A stretch of DNA of 64,000 nucleotides from an uncultured Desulfosarcina sp. (GTDB taxonomy: Bacteria > Desulfobacterota > Desulfobacteria > Desulfobacterales > Desulfosarcinaceae): NCBI GenBank assembly GCA_963674945.2, contig CAXXWQ010000003.1, forward strand, positions 960,001 through 1,024,000, given 5' to 3'. Both the position numbers and the translations under genes were made by a program. Under the pieces are notes generated by a model that saw only the letters and a program-made list of their open reading frames with translations, was not told the DNA's origin and ran no database searches. Position 1 is the first letter of the stretch. Each line of letters opens with the position of its first letter. This document shows, piece by piece, positions 9,483 through 19,940 of this stretch.

Positions 9483-10487
9483 TCATAATTCACGATCATT
9501 CATTCCATCTTGTGTCTCCCGGAAGATAGTAAATGACCTCTTCTTCCGACTAAGAACAACCAGCGTCTCATAGTGTATTACACCGGGCATATTGCCCAGG
9601 TCCTGAGCCACGAAATTGTGCATCTCACTTGTATTTTGATGGAATGACCATACCATGCAATCGAATGCACCAAAGGTTAGGGAAACCAATTTGACAGGTG
9701 GACGCCGCTTCAATTCATCGGTCAGCGTCTTCAGGTTGGATGGGTGGACTTTGATCAAGGTAATTCCACTGGTGGTGTACCCAAAGAATGCCGGATCAGG
9801 AATACAAATCGTCCGAACAATCTCTTGGTCATAAAGTTTAGACAAACTGAAGCGAACAGATGAAACACTGCCACCAATGACTTCGGCAAGTTCCTTTACG
9901 GATGCTCTTGGAAATTTTTCCAACCCTTTGATTACAGACAGGTCTAAGTCAGTTGGAGTGAAATCCAAGTGCGAAGAAGCAGGAGCATGATTCGTATGTG
10001 TCAAAACCGACCAACTCCTCTTAATCGACCTGGCCGATAACATTATCTCAACCCTTGCGTTTCCCAAAATACTGCCAATCTCAACGGGAAACAGCCTCAT
10101 ATACTCCTCGGGACTCCGGAATAAGGCAACTGCCAGAATATCATAACGTCCTGCAGTTAAACAAATGTATTTGGTTCTATTGATGGAGGCAAGTTGTCCT
10201 GCTATCGTGTTCACAGTTCCAGGAGCGGCATTGATTCCAAATACCACAAGGATTCTATAACCCAAAGCGACATGATCCGACAACGTGCCAATCAGGATGA
10301 CACCCGAGTCAACAAGCCTGTTCAGTCGTCTGCGCACAGTTGGCGGTGATGTGCCTAACTTTGAAGCAAGTGTTGCATAGCTCACCCGAGCGTCCTGTTC
10401 CAACTCTTTTACAAGCCTCGTATCCAACTCATCCAAGGCCGTTCGACTATTTTCAAAGCTTTCCATCAACGGCTTTTCCTCGATCAA
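9483..10487 (-). CDS. tandem (double) Lrp/AsnC transcriptional regulator
   Basis: Two HTH+RAM repeats (LDELDTRLVKELEQDAR..., TAGRYDIL; DLSVIKGLEKFPR..., TFGAFDC); divergent from the methyltransferase genes. Confidence 0.9.
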   Translation of the reverse strand: MIEEKPLMESFENSRTALDELDTRLVKELEQDARVSYATLASKLGTSPPTVRRRLNRLVDSGVILIGTLSDHVALGYRILVVFGINAAPGTVNTIAGQLASINRTKYICLTAGRYDILAVALFRSPEEYMRLFPVEIGSILGNARVEIMLSARSIKRSWSVLTHTNHAPASSHLDFTPTDLDLSVIKGLEKFPRASVKELAEVIGGSVSSVRFSLSKLYDQEIVRTICIPDPAFFGYTTSGITLIKVHPSNLKTLTDELKRRPPVKLVSLTFGAFDCMVWSFHQNTSEMHNFVAQDLGNMPGVIHYETLVVLSRKKRSFTIFRETQDGMNDREL

Positions 10488-10892
10488 TCGTCAATCTGCA
10501 GATATTCATAGCAATGTTGCTATGTAGCACATTATTTTGAATATCTTAACTAAAAAACCGCAGCGTATTATTTTGACCCCTTTTGCACCATTTTTTTCGA
10601 TCAATATGTTCTTTTTAAACATTTATAATGATATAATACATCATTTATAATTATTTGATATTTTTAACTTTAATTATCATACGTTTGTTTTTGATCATTT
10701 ATATATCATTTTCCAACATATTTTACTATTTATTTGTTTGACTTTGTTCTCTTTTTCGTACTATGAAACAGTTTGTGCCAAGCTGCGTCACGATACGAAC
10801 ACAAGCTGTTTGGCTTCATGTTGATGGTACAGGCACGCAGCGCAAAAAGACGTTTTCATACAACGGGTCTTTAACAAAAGGAGATTGCAAAC

Positions 10893-12134
10893 ATGGCAGA
10901 GGTAAAAATTGGACACATGGAAAATGCTCCATCCGACTGGTACGGCGTACCGCTGGAGGATCAGCATTTTGAGTGGAGTGTGGAGGAGGAACTGATCCTC
11001 AAGCGGTTGTGCGAAAAGATCGGCGAGAACTGTGAAGAGGAAGAGATGACGCCGATGGAGCGATTTCGGGCTACCTTCGAGAAGAAAGACAAGGACCGTC
11101 TTCACATCGAATGCAAGTACAATGTCCCGTATGCCGTTCGCTGTCTTGATTCCTGGGCGGACGCCATAAAGCCCGGTGACTTATATCAGCGGCCCAAGCT
11201 TCACATCATGGGTCATCTGGCCATGGCCGCGCGTTTCAAGCTGGATATCATCAACATTTACGTGATCCACTATACGGAAGAGTGCTGGGGCGGCAACGGG
11301 CGGATGATCGACTACGGGACCCCGCAGATGGTGGGCGAGCCGCCGATCAAGACGATGGAGGATTTGGAGAGCGTATTGCCGGCCGATCCGAAGAAGCACA
11401 GCCTGTATCCCGGATACCTCTGGGCGGCCAAAGAGATAAAAACGATCATGAAAAGATACGGTGTTGCCGATAAGTTGCCTGTGGAGCTGTCGTTCTGCGG
11501 AGATCCTTTGGGCACCATGTTTTTGGGCATGACCGGTTTTGGTCCCGGCACGGTGATGATGAAGAAAAATCCCGAGCTGTTCCAGGCGTGCATGTGGAAG
11601 GCGGCGGAGTTCCAGAAGGCATTCGGCAAGGCGTGCAAGGAGACCGGCCCGGATGGATTGTACATGTGCTCTTTCATGGGATCATTTCCTCCGAAGACGA
11701 AAAAACTGGACAATACGTTCATCATGGATGTGTATGCGGACGTGGGAAAGACGATCAAGTCTCATCTGGGCAAGGATATTCCCATGTGGCATACCCTGGG
11801 CGCAAACGGATGGGAACACTGGCAGGAGCATTACTATCCCCATGGCGCTGTCGGTCCGGGCAGTTTCGACGGCTGGTGGGTCGGCCCTGAGATGGATCCC
11901 GCCTTTATCCATGCCTATGCCAGGGAAAAGGATTTGTACTGCGGGTGCAGTGTGGATGACCATATCGTTCTGGATGGCGATTTTGACGCCGTGGAAGCGG
12001 AACTGAAAGTGCGCGTTGCCGAAGCCAAGAAATATCCCAAGCACTTCCAGGCCCTCGGTGTTCTCGACTACTGGACTCCCATGGAGTATGTGGACAAGCT
12101 GTTTGATATGACCAAGAAAATGGCAAGGTTCTAA
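10893..12134 (+). CDS. uroporphyrinogen decarboxylase-fold (MtaA/CmuA-like) corrinoid methyltransferase
   Basis: MTPMERF...DR start of the URO-D fold; directly upstream of corrinoid protein; AAAGGAG RBS. Confidence 0.75.
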   Translation: MAEVKIGHMENAPSDWYGVPLEDQHFEWSVEEELILKRLCEKIGENCEEEEMTPMERFRATFEKKDKDRLHIECKYNVPYAVRCLDSWADAIKPGDLYQRPKLHIMGHLAMAARFKLDIINIYVIHYTEECWGGNGRMIDYGTPQMVGEPPIKTMEDLESVLPADPKKHSLYPGYLWAAKEIKTIMKRYGVADKLPVELSFCGDPLGTMFLGMTGFGPGTVMMKKNPELFQACMWKAAEFQKAFGKACKETGPDGLYMCSFMGSFPPKTKKLDNTFIMDVYADVGKTIKSHLGKDIPMWHTLGANGWEHWQEHYYPHGAVGPGSFDGWWVGPEMDPAFIHAYAREKDLYCGCSVDDHIVLDGDFDAVEAELKVRVAEAKKYPKHFQALGVLDYWTPMEYVDKLFDMTKKMARF

Positions 12135-12176
12135 CCATTCTCAAGTCTATACCCAATAGTAAGGAGAAAAGAGCGA

Positions 12177-12827
12177 ATGTCTAAAGAGGAAATCCTTAAG
12201 AAATTAACGGAAGCCACCGTTGAGATCGAAGACGACGATGTAATGGATCTGGTCGACGAAGCGTTGGAGGCGGGCATGGATCCCATGGAGATCATCATCG
12301 AAGGGCTTCAACCGGGTCTGACCATCATCGGTGAGGGCTTCGATGCCCATACGCGATTCACCAGCGACCTGGTTCTGGCCGGCGAGCTGTTAAACGATGT
12401 GATCACCAGGTTGAAGCCGGTGATGGAAAAAGGATCCACGGGTGTGGGCCAGAACATGGTGATCGGCACGGTGGAAGGCGACGAGCACTGCGTGGGCAAG
12501 CGTGTCGTGGCCTCGGTGTTTACCGCGGCCGGTTACAATGTGATCGACATCGGTGAGAACCAGACGGCGGATGCCTTTGTCGCGGCGGCCAAGGAGTACA
12601 ATGCCAAGGTCGTTGGCGCTTCTGCGATTTTAGGCCCCCAGAAGCCGTACTGCAAGGTGATTCATGATGCGCTGGTGGAAGCGGGCATCAGGGACCAGGT
12701 GATATACATCATCGGTGGCTGGGGCATGACGCAGGAGTGGTGCGACAAGGTTTGCGCCGATGCCTATGGCGACACCGCCAATGAAGCCATCGAGAAAGTC
12801 AAGGCGATCGTAGCCGCCAGGGGGTAG
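12177..12827 (+). CDS. corrinoid (B12-binding) protein, MtaC/MttC family
   Basis: Cap domain, GTVEGDEHCVGK (DxHxxG), VGASA, IIGG, ADAYG. Confidence 0.95.
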   Translation: MSKEEILKKLTEATVEIEDDDVMDLVDEALEAGMDPMEIIIEGLQPGLTIIGEGFDAHTRFTSDLVLAGELLNDVITRLKPVMEKGSTGVGQNMVIGTVEGDEHCVGKRVVASVFTAAGYNVIDIGENQTADAFVAAAKEYNAKVVGASAILGPQKPYCKVIHDALVEAGIRDQVIYIIGGWGMTQEWCDKVCADAYGDTANEAIEKVKAIVAARG

Positions 12828-13508
12828 AAGGGTTACACTGGCAGCCTTGATTATTTGCTCTGTGTGGCATCAGCTGCGGAACCAAATCGGGGGGGCCGAT
12901 TTGTGCGGGCCGATTTTTTCAGTTCCTCCATAATGCTGCCGAGGGCGCTTATCCAGTTGGCCGCTATCGTATGTTTTAGTATTTTTAGCATTGGCTGACG
13001 CCTTCTCGACAAACCGTCCTTTGATGGCAGTTTTCATCAGATTCACTTCGCTTCGATTAGGCTCTCCCTCTCCCGGCACCATGTCTGGAAACATCTGTGA
13101 CAAGGTTCACGCCGGGAGGGGGAGGCCATTGCGGTAGATCTTTCCGGGTACTCCGTACAAAGTACCCACAGGATACGTCGCGGATAACATCTCTGGTGTT
13201 CTTTCCGGGATGTTTTCTTCCATATTAGTGTTCATTGTTCGATACCAGTTCCATTACTGCTATAGACTTTATTTTGAGCATGTATCTATTTTTCGCTCAA
13301 ACGTTCGTGGCTCATTCCCTCTCGGATGAATCCCGAAAGTTGAGTTTTAAGATATTTTCCAACTGATTACTACCCTGATCGTCATTATCATCCAGAGGGC
13401 AGATGATCTAAAGGTCGTAATGACATACGTTTCTAATTTATGCTTTCTGGTTGAAAATAAAAAAGTAAATGCAGAAAGATCATTGGATTTGAAAAGGAGA
13501 AAGACCGG

Positions 13509-13979
13509 ATGAAGAACATGTACGGCAAGGAACTCAAATTCCCTGAAGATCTCTATTATTCGGAAGAGTTTATCTGGGTCAAGGACCTGGGTGGAAACAA
13601 GGTTCAAATCGGTATTTCAGACCTTGGTGTCAAAGCGGTGAAGGAATTGGCGCATGTCAAGATCGTTGCCAAAGAGGGTGCGCAAATCACCAAGGGGAAG
13701 CCAGTCGGGCATGTGGAAACCAGCAAGGGGATCTGGGAGATCATCGCCCCCGTAAGTGGAACCGTAGCCGCGATCAATCCGCCCCTTACCAAGGGAAACG
13801 CCAATCCCATCCAGATGGATTCGTATGGCAAAGGCTGGGTGATGGAAGTTGAAACCGCCGATGACAGTGAAGTAAGGGCACTGAAGAAGGGGGCGGATGA
13901 GGATACCAAGGCATGGATCAACGAGATGATAGAAGAAAATGTGCCATTGATGGATGAAGACGAGGACGATGATGATTAG
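13509..13979 (+). CDS. gcvH: glycine cleavage H-like lipoyl-carrier protein, copy 1
   Basis: FPEDLYYS, VETSKG (lipoyl-Lys position), APVSG, YGKGW; acidic tail. Confidence 0.85.
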   Translation: MKNMYGKELKFPEDLYYSEEFIWVKDLGGNKVQIGISDLGVKAVKELAHVKIVAKEGAQITKGKPVGHVETSKGIWEIIAPVSGTVAAINPPLTKGNANPIQMDSYGKGWVMEVETADDSEVRALKKGADEDTKAWINEMIEENVPLMDEDEDDDD

Positions 13980-14029
13980 GTCGGCCATTACCGATTCGGA
14001 GAATTATAAAGAAAAGGGGTTACCATTAC

Positions 14030-14929
14030 ATGTTTGAATTCGCTACGGAACAGAAAGTATTCGATATCGCCGGCGTCAAAGTCGGCGGCAAGCCCGGAGA
14101 GAACCCTTCCGTCATGATCGGCAGCATGTTCTTCCGCGGTCACAAGATCGTCAAGGATACCGATAAAGGAATCTTCGATAAGGACAAAGCCAAGGCATTG
14201 CTGGACAAAGAAGAAGAATTGTCGCTGAGTACCGGCAATCCGCGCATCATCGATGTCATCGGAGATACCGGTGAGGCATTGATCAACTATATCGAGTGGG
14301 TGGCGGCCAATACCACCTCCCCCATCCTGGTGGATTCTGCGCTTCCCAAGGCACGGATGGAGGCCATCCGGCATTTTGCCGGAAGCGAGCTTATCCCCCG
14401 TCTGATCTACAATTCCATGGAGGGGCACTATAAAGAAGATGAAATGGAGTGTATCGCCGAATGCGGTATCAAGAGCGTGGTGATTCTTCCCCTGACCACC
14501 AAGGCGATCAAGCCGAAAGCCAGGTTCAAACTGCTCAAGGAGAACATGTATCCCGCGGCGAAGAAAGCCGGGCTGGAAAACTTTCTGATCGACCTTGGCA
14601 TACTGGATATCCCCAGCGTCGGTTGGGCCACCCAGGCCGCCCAGCTGGTGAAAAATGAGCTTGGTTTGCCGTGGGGCTGTGCACCATCGAACGCCATTTA
14701 TCTGTGGAAGAAACTGCGTGACCGCGGCACACCGGCCTTCGAAGCCACCGCATCCGTTGTTTACGCATTGCCGCTTTGCTGGGGGGGCAGCTTCATCTTT
14801 TACGGTCCGACCCGAAACGCAAAATGGTTTTATCCGGCGGCAGGGGCGGTGGATGCCATGCTGGCCTACGGCGGAATGAACATGGGGCTGCGACCCGGTC
14901 CGGATCACCCGCTGTTCAAAATATTTTAA
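14030..14929 (+). CDS. mtrH: MtrH/MtgA-family pterin methyltransferase
   Basis: EQKVFDIAGVKVGGKPGENP, GSMFFRGHKIV, IYNS, GCAPSN, YGP, HPLFKIF. Confidence 0.9.
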   Translation: MFEFATEQKVFDIAGVKVGGKPGENPSVMIGSMFFRGHKIVKDTDKGIFDKDKAKALLDKEEELSLSTGNPRIIDVIGDTGEALINYIEWVAANTTSPILVDSALPKARMEAIRHFAGSELIPRLIYNSMEGHYKEDEMECIAECGIKSVVILPLTTKAIKPKARFKLLKENMYPAAKKAGLENFLIDLGILDIPSVGWATQAAQLVKNELGLPWGCAPSNAIYLWKKLRDRGTPAFEATASVVYALPLCWGGSFIFYGPTRNAKWFYPAAGAVDAMLAYGGMNMGLRPGPDHPLFKIF

Positions 14930-15447
14930 GGGATTTCTGGCACTGCAAGGACGAAAAATCAATTACCGCACAACAAGGGATTGATTGCAACGGCTCAATA
15001 GCGCCTTTATACGCTTTGGTAAACATCCAACAATGCATATCCTGGCGCTATACTCGTTAATTGAGAGATAACTGCCGTTCCGCTGAATTCTATTCATTTT
15101 TTTACAAGCAATAACTTGTTGCGCCCATGAGACATATTGAACTGAAGCTAGGAATGAATGCGAACAGTTGAATGATCGGTATTTTTACCGTGCAGTAATC
15201 AAAGTCATTACCGGAAATGCTTGCGGCGGGGTGGGAGCCAAAAGCATGTTTTTGCAAAACGTGGTGACGAATCACGGTTACGGAGATCGATCGTTTACAA
15301 GGCGCCAAAAGAGAGGGGGTGATCATCTTTTTTTCAAATAGGGGCAGTCATCATTTTCCATGATGAATCCAGAGTTCTATCGAATTCTCATTCTGGAGAA
15401 ATCTGGGCGCTGATGTGGGATACCAACGCATACTCGAGGAGAGGAAG

Positions 15448-17001
15448 ATGAGGCATTTGAAAAGTCAAAGGAACATTTTGATAACGATGGCATGCATTCT
15501 TGGCGTGTTTTCGTTTCTTGGATCTGCGGATGCGGCGAAATGGTATTTGGGATCCGACACACAACTACTTATGGACGTTTCACTCACCTACGGGACTGGA
15601 ATAAGGGTGTCTGACCGGGACGCCGAATTACTGGCCGATGTCATCAAAGATGACAGCAACCGGAATTTCGACCAGTGGGACTTTTTCAACAACAAGATCA
15701 CCGCCCTTGCGGACATCGAATTCATCTATAAGGACTTTGGCGTATTCGTCCGGCCCAAGGCGTTTTATGACTATGTGTACATGTCAGACAACTCCAATGA
15801 CGGTTCCAGCAATGCCACCAACAGTGCCTATGTCGGCGGCCTCATCGATGAACCGGATCAATGGGCCGATGAGATCGAGGATATCCACGGCATGAACGCC
15901 GAAATCCTGGATCTTTTCGCATATTACGGATTCCGGCTGGGCGAAGTGCCCTTTGACCTCCGTGTGGGAAAACAGGTCATCGCCTGGGGCGAGAGCAGCT
16001 ACATTCCGGGCATGAATTCGGCCCAGGCCCCCATTGATGCTGCCGCCGCGGTCGCAGTGGGAACAGAGGTAAAAGAGATCTTTCTGCCCACGGGAGCGGT
16101 TTATCTTCAGACAGGCTTCTGGGATTTCGGACTGCGCGGTTACTATCAGTGGGAGTGGGAAAAAAACAGACTGATGGAAGGCGGGACCTTTCTTTCGTCT
16201 GCGGACATGCTCGATGAAATCAAGGCGCCCCTTATAGCAGAATTAGGACCAGGGGCCTATATAAACTTGCCTCGGATAAAGGATGATGAACCCAGAGACG
16301 ACGGACAGTTCGGTGTCGCGCTGTCATATATGCTGCCGTGGGCCGCAACGGAGATCGCGGGGTATTATCTCAACTATCACGAGAAGAGCCAGGCAATTAT
16401 AGATGCCGGTGCTACCGGGTATAAGATTATCTTTCCGGAAGACATCAAGCTGTATGGCTTCACCGTCAGTTCTGTGATCGGAGACACCCAGGTAGGCTTC
16501 GAAGTCACCTATCGAGACGACATCGTCTTCCAGGACGCCGAAGCACGGACGATTAATGAGGGTGGCTTCTGGCAGACACAGGCAAGTTTTACCTACCTCA
16601 AAAGCCCGGGATGGTTCAATGTGGCGGATCGAATTATCGTGTCCGGTGAAGCCGCGTACTGCGCCCAAGTCGACCTCAAGGGGATAGAGGGACGGCCGGA
16701 AGAAGGTATCGATGGGAGAGAGGAGGAAGGTTTCAAGTATGTCGCCGTACTCAATTTTGATTGGTTCCAGGTGCTGCAAAGAACGGATTTCGGCTTCAAC
16801 GTGAAATATTCCGAAATCCCCAAAGGGGACGATTATCTCAAACCGGTAGATTTTCAGGAAAATAAAAATGCCGTCTCCGTCGGTGTGGATATGGTTTTCA
16901 ATGATGTCTGGGAAGCCGATCTTACCTATGAAAACCGATTGCACAACAATGATCTATCGGATCGCGATACGATTTCCTTTAAACTGTCATACGCATTTTA
17001 A
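15448..17001 (+). CDS. DUF1302 family outer-membrane protein
   Basis: Signal peptide, DDSNRNFD, RVGKQVIAWGES, KEIFLP, YYQWEW, DRDTISFKLSYAF. Confidence 0.85.
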   Translation: MRHLKSQRNILITMACILGVFSFLGSADAAKWYLGSDTQLLMDVSLTYGTGIRVSDRDAELLADVIKDDSNRNFDQWDFFNNKITALADIEFIYKDFGVFVRPKAFYDYVYMSDNSNDGSSNATNSAYVGGLIDEPDQWADEIEDIHGMNAEILDLFAYYGFRLGEVPFDLRVGKQVIAWGESSYIPGMNSAQAPIDAAAAVAVGTEVKEIFLPTGAVYLQTGFWDFGLRGYYQWEWEKNRLMEGGTFLSSADMLDEIKAPLIAELGPGAYINLPRIKDDEPRDDGQFGVALSYMLPWAATEIAGYYLNYHEKSQAIIDAGATGYKIIFPEDIKLYGFTVSSVIGDTQVGFEVTYRDDIVFQDAEARTINEGGFWQTQASFTYLKSPGWFNVADRIIVSGEAAYCAQVDLKGIEGRPEEGIDGREEEGFKYVAVLNFDWFQVLQRTDFGFNVKYSEIPKGDDYLKPVDFQENKNAVSVGVDMVFNDVWEADLTYENRLHNNDLSDRDTISFKLSYAF

Positions 17002-17033
17002 AAAGTCATTGTAAAAGGGGAAAGGAGAGCTCA

Positions 17034-18416
17034 ATGAACAATACCATATGCAGATCCATACTTTCCGTAATATTGACAAGCCTGCTCGTGTTTACAGCAA
17101 TTCCGGCGTATGCAAAAGTGACCGCTGAAGAGGCAGCGAAACTGAAAACCGAATTGACTCCCGTTGGCGCCGAACGGGCGGGAAACAAAGAGGGAACCAT
17201 CCCTGCCTGGACCGGCGGACTTTCCAAAATTCCCGAAGGCATCGATTATGTAGCCAAATCCGGGATACCCCATCCTGATCCCTTTGCCGATGACAAGATC
17301 CTGTTTACCATTACGGCGCAAAATGTCGACCAGTACAAAGATAAATTGTCTGCGGGTTTGCTGAAAATGTTCCAACTTCATCCGGAGACCTGGAAGATGC
17401 ATGTCTATCCTACCAGAAGATCCGCAGCATATTCCGAAGACACGTATGAGGGAACATATCAAAACGCCCTGAATACAGAGATTGTCGATGAATATGGCAG
17501 TGTAATCCATATCACCAAGGGGTTTCCGTTTCCGATTGCCAAAAACGGCGTGGAGGCCATTGTCAATTTTATTCAGAAGCCGCAAGGCGCAAAATATTTG
17601 ACCCACACGTTGGGTGGCGGGATCATATTGGCAAACGGCAGAACTACGTGGATGGCCGCAACGAACTACATTATGTACGCACTCGAAGGCGCAAATGAAC
17701 AAGCAGTAGATCCAAGAGACTATACGTATAGAATAATGTATGAACTGCGCATCCCCGGCCGCATCGGCGAGTATTTTTTCGTAATGGAACCGGCCAACTA
17801 CGAGCGAGAAGATTCCGTGGGCTGGTCTTATATACCAGGTATGCGCCGGGTGCGCCGGAATCCCGGCCTGTTTTACGATGGCGTCGACGGCACCGGCGGC
17901 GGCATTGCGTGCGTGGACGACGGGTGGATGTGGAGGGGCAAACCCGACCGGTTTGATTGGGCACTGCCCAAAGAGAAAAAAGAGATGTTCATTCCGTATA
18001 ACAACTACCAGATCGACTTGCTTCCTGATTATAAGGAAATGCAAACACCCAATCATCCCAACCCGAAATACCTCCGGTGGGAACTTCACCGGACGTGGGA
18101 GCTCGTTGCGACGCTTAAGGAAGGCAGTCGGCATATATACGGAAAAAGGGTATATTATATGGATGAAGACACATGGCTGATCGGTCTTAAGGACGCGTAC
18201 GACAAGCGCGGAAGTCTGTGGAGAGCAGCAATGGCAACCGGGAAACAACATTACGACGTTCCCGTGTACCGACAGGCCCAGTACTTTAATTTTGATTTCA
18301 CAACGGATTATTGGGTTGCAAACGGGTGGGTCAACGGGCTACCGCACGAAAGTTACGAGGAGATACCGGATGACTTTTTCACAGTTCAAAATTTACGAAG
18401 GATTGGCAAACGGTAA
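17034..18416 (+). CDS. DUF1329 family periplasmic protein
   Basis: LTPVGAERAGNKEGTIPAWTGG, VYPTRRS, PFPI, PGMRRVRR, RWELHR. Confidence 0.9.
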   Translation: MNNTICRSILSVILTSLLVFTAIPAYAKVTAEEAAKLKTELTPVGAERAGNKEGTIPAWTGGLSKIPEGIDYVAKSGIPHPDPFADDKILFTITAQNVDQYKDKLSAGLLKMFQLHPETWKMHVYPTRRSAAYSEDTYEGTYQNALNTEIVDEYGSVIHITKGFPFPIAKNGVEAIVNFIQKPQGAKYLTHTLGGGIILANGRTTWMAATNYIMYALEGANEQAVDPRDYTYRIMYELRIPGRIGEYFFVMEPANYEREDSVGWSYIPGMRRVRRNPGLFYDGVDGTGGGIACVDDGWMWRGKPDRFDWALPKEKKEMFIPYNNYQIDLLPDYKEMQTPNHPNPKYLRWELHRTWELVATLKEGSRHIYGKRVYYMDEDTWLIGLKDAYDKRGSLWRAAMATGKQHYDVPVYRQAQYFNFDFTTDYWVANGWVNGLPHESYEEIPDDFFTVQNLRRIGKR

Positions 18417-18465
18417 TCCGCGAAGGCGGCTTAGGATGAAAGACAGTTTGTGAGACGCCAAGAAG

Positions 18466-18501
18466 AAGAGAAGGTCGGTGCAACGCCGGCCTTCTCTTTT
18501 T
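18466..18501 (+). terminator. rho-independent terminator
   Basis: AAGAGAAGGTCGG / CCGGCCTTCTCTT stem with T-tail. Confidence 0.7.
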
Positions 18502-18675
18502 GCGAAGTCACTTGGAATTTCCCCACGAACGAACCTGAACTGACGACATGAAAAATTTCCCACGTACCCTCTAAAGGTTGAACCATAAACGACCAATAAC
18601 CTTTACAGAGACCAGACGTTTGTTTATCGTGGATCATAAATGATCAGTGTCAAAAAGGAATACACTGAGGAGACC

Positions 18676-19008
18676 ATGCAGAATCGTAGAAAATCAAAAA
18701 GAATATCGACAAGTTGCCCCATTATTTATGTGATCCCGAACTTACGTGGCCAAATTGAAACACAAGGATTGGGCGTCGCTTTGGATGTCAGCCTGGACGG
18801 AATGATGTTTGAATCGAACGAACCAATTGAAGCGACGAAATTATACATTCGTGCATCGTGCAATGATGGAAGTTCGGTTAAGATCGAAGGAATCTTGGTT
18901 TATTCGATGCCGTATTCCAATGGCAAATATCGATCGGGAATCAGCTTCAAGGGGGCCTCTGATCAAATCTCAGATTTTGTCACCGAAGTATTGAGCAGAC
19001 CCTTATAA
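18676..19008 (+). CDS. PilZ domain protein
   Basis: NRRKSKR (RxxxR) and DVSLDG (D/NxSxxG); RBS GAGGAG. Confidence 0.85.
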   Translation: MQNRRKSKRISTSCPIIYVIPNLRGQIETQGLGVALDVSLDGMMFESNEPIEATKLYIRASCNDGSSVKIEGILVYSMPYSNGKYRSGISFKGASDQISDFVTEVLSRPL

Positions 19009-19283
19009 CGATAAAATTGCAGTTGCCTGTATAGAAACGACCACATCTTTTCCTCTCCAAAAAGAATAGTATGTAAAGGCCTTATCCATTTCCTTCGCAC
19101 GTCTTTTTTACTATCTATTTCCATCAATCGGATGATATACAAAAACGCCATGTGCCTGGTGAGCATAAAGACCCATTGCCGGCCGCAATTTCCGGTAGCA
19201 TGAAAAGACTGCAATAACATCAATGCCCGAAAGGCGCAAACTGTTGACTGAGTCATCTCAAAGCATTTGCATATGGACCCGCC

Positions 19284-19868
19284 ATGGAAAACAAGCGCAA
19301 CGCCATCACGAAAATATACGACCATTTCGAAGAAGAGGCCGCCCCTTTCAAAAAGGACGCCGCATGCAAGAAAGGATGCGCGTTCTGTTGTACGGATGCC
19401 GGCAGCATCGACATCACCACCCTGGAAGGACTGCGGATCCACAAGCATATCGCCCAACTGCCGCGTTCCCAGCAGGGCGCATTGAAAAAGGCTATTGCCA
19501 GGGATGCCCGTCGGAGGGAAAAGGGTCAGGCCTCACCCTGCCCGTTTCTGCTGAAGAATAAAAATTGTCGTATTTATGATATTCGGCCGTTTGCCTGCCG
19601 GCGGATCTATTCGCTCAAGCGGTGCAACCCGGAGCAGCCACCAATGCTTCACCGGCAAGTGATGGCGGTGGCCCAGGAGGCCATTGGGCACTTGCAACAA
19701 TTGGACGACACCGGATACTCGGGCCATATCTCCTATATTCTGCAGATGCTGGAAACGCCGGCGTTCACGAAGGTCTACCTGGCAGGCGGTTTTCAACCTG
19801 AAACGATCATGGCATATGGAAAATCCCACAAGATTGCCATTAACCGGATGATGAATCCGGAAAGGTAG
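19284..19868 (+). CDS. YkgJ / CxxCxxCC cysteine-cluster protein
   Basis: CKKGCAFCC, CPFL, CRIYDIRPFACR. Confidence 0.85.
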   Translation: MENKRNAITKIYDHFEEEAAPFKKDAACKKGCAFCCTDAGSIDITTLEGLRIHKHIAQLPRSQQGALKKAIARDARRREKGQASPCPFLLKNKNCRIYDIRPFACRRIYSLKRCNPEQPPMLHRQVMAVAQEAIGHLQQLDDTGYSGHISYILQMLETPAFTKVYLAGGFQPETIMAYGKSHKIAINRMMNPER

Positions 19869-19940
19869 GTAAAACGTACGAACGTTTTCAATGGAAGTCC
19901 GAGATTAGGGAAGCTATCACACCGAGTGCAGATCCAACGG

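Noticed and set aside
13509..13979. Canonical glycine cleavage system
   Set aside because: No gcvP, gcvT or lpd in the window; H-protein motifs diverge
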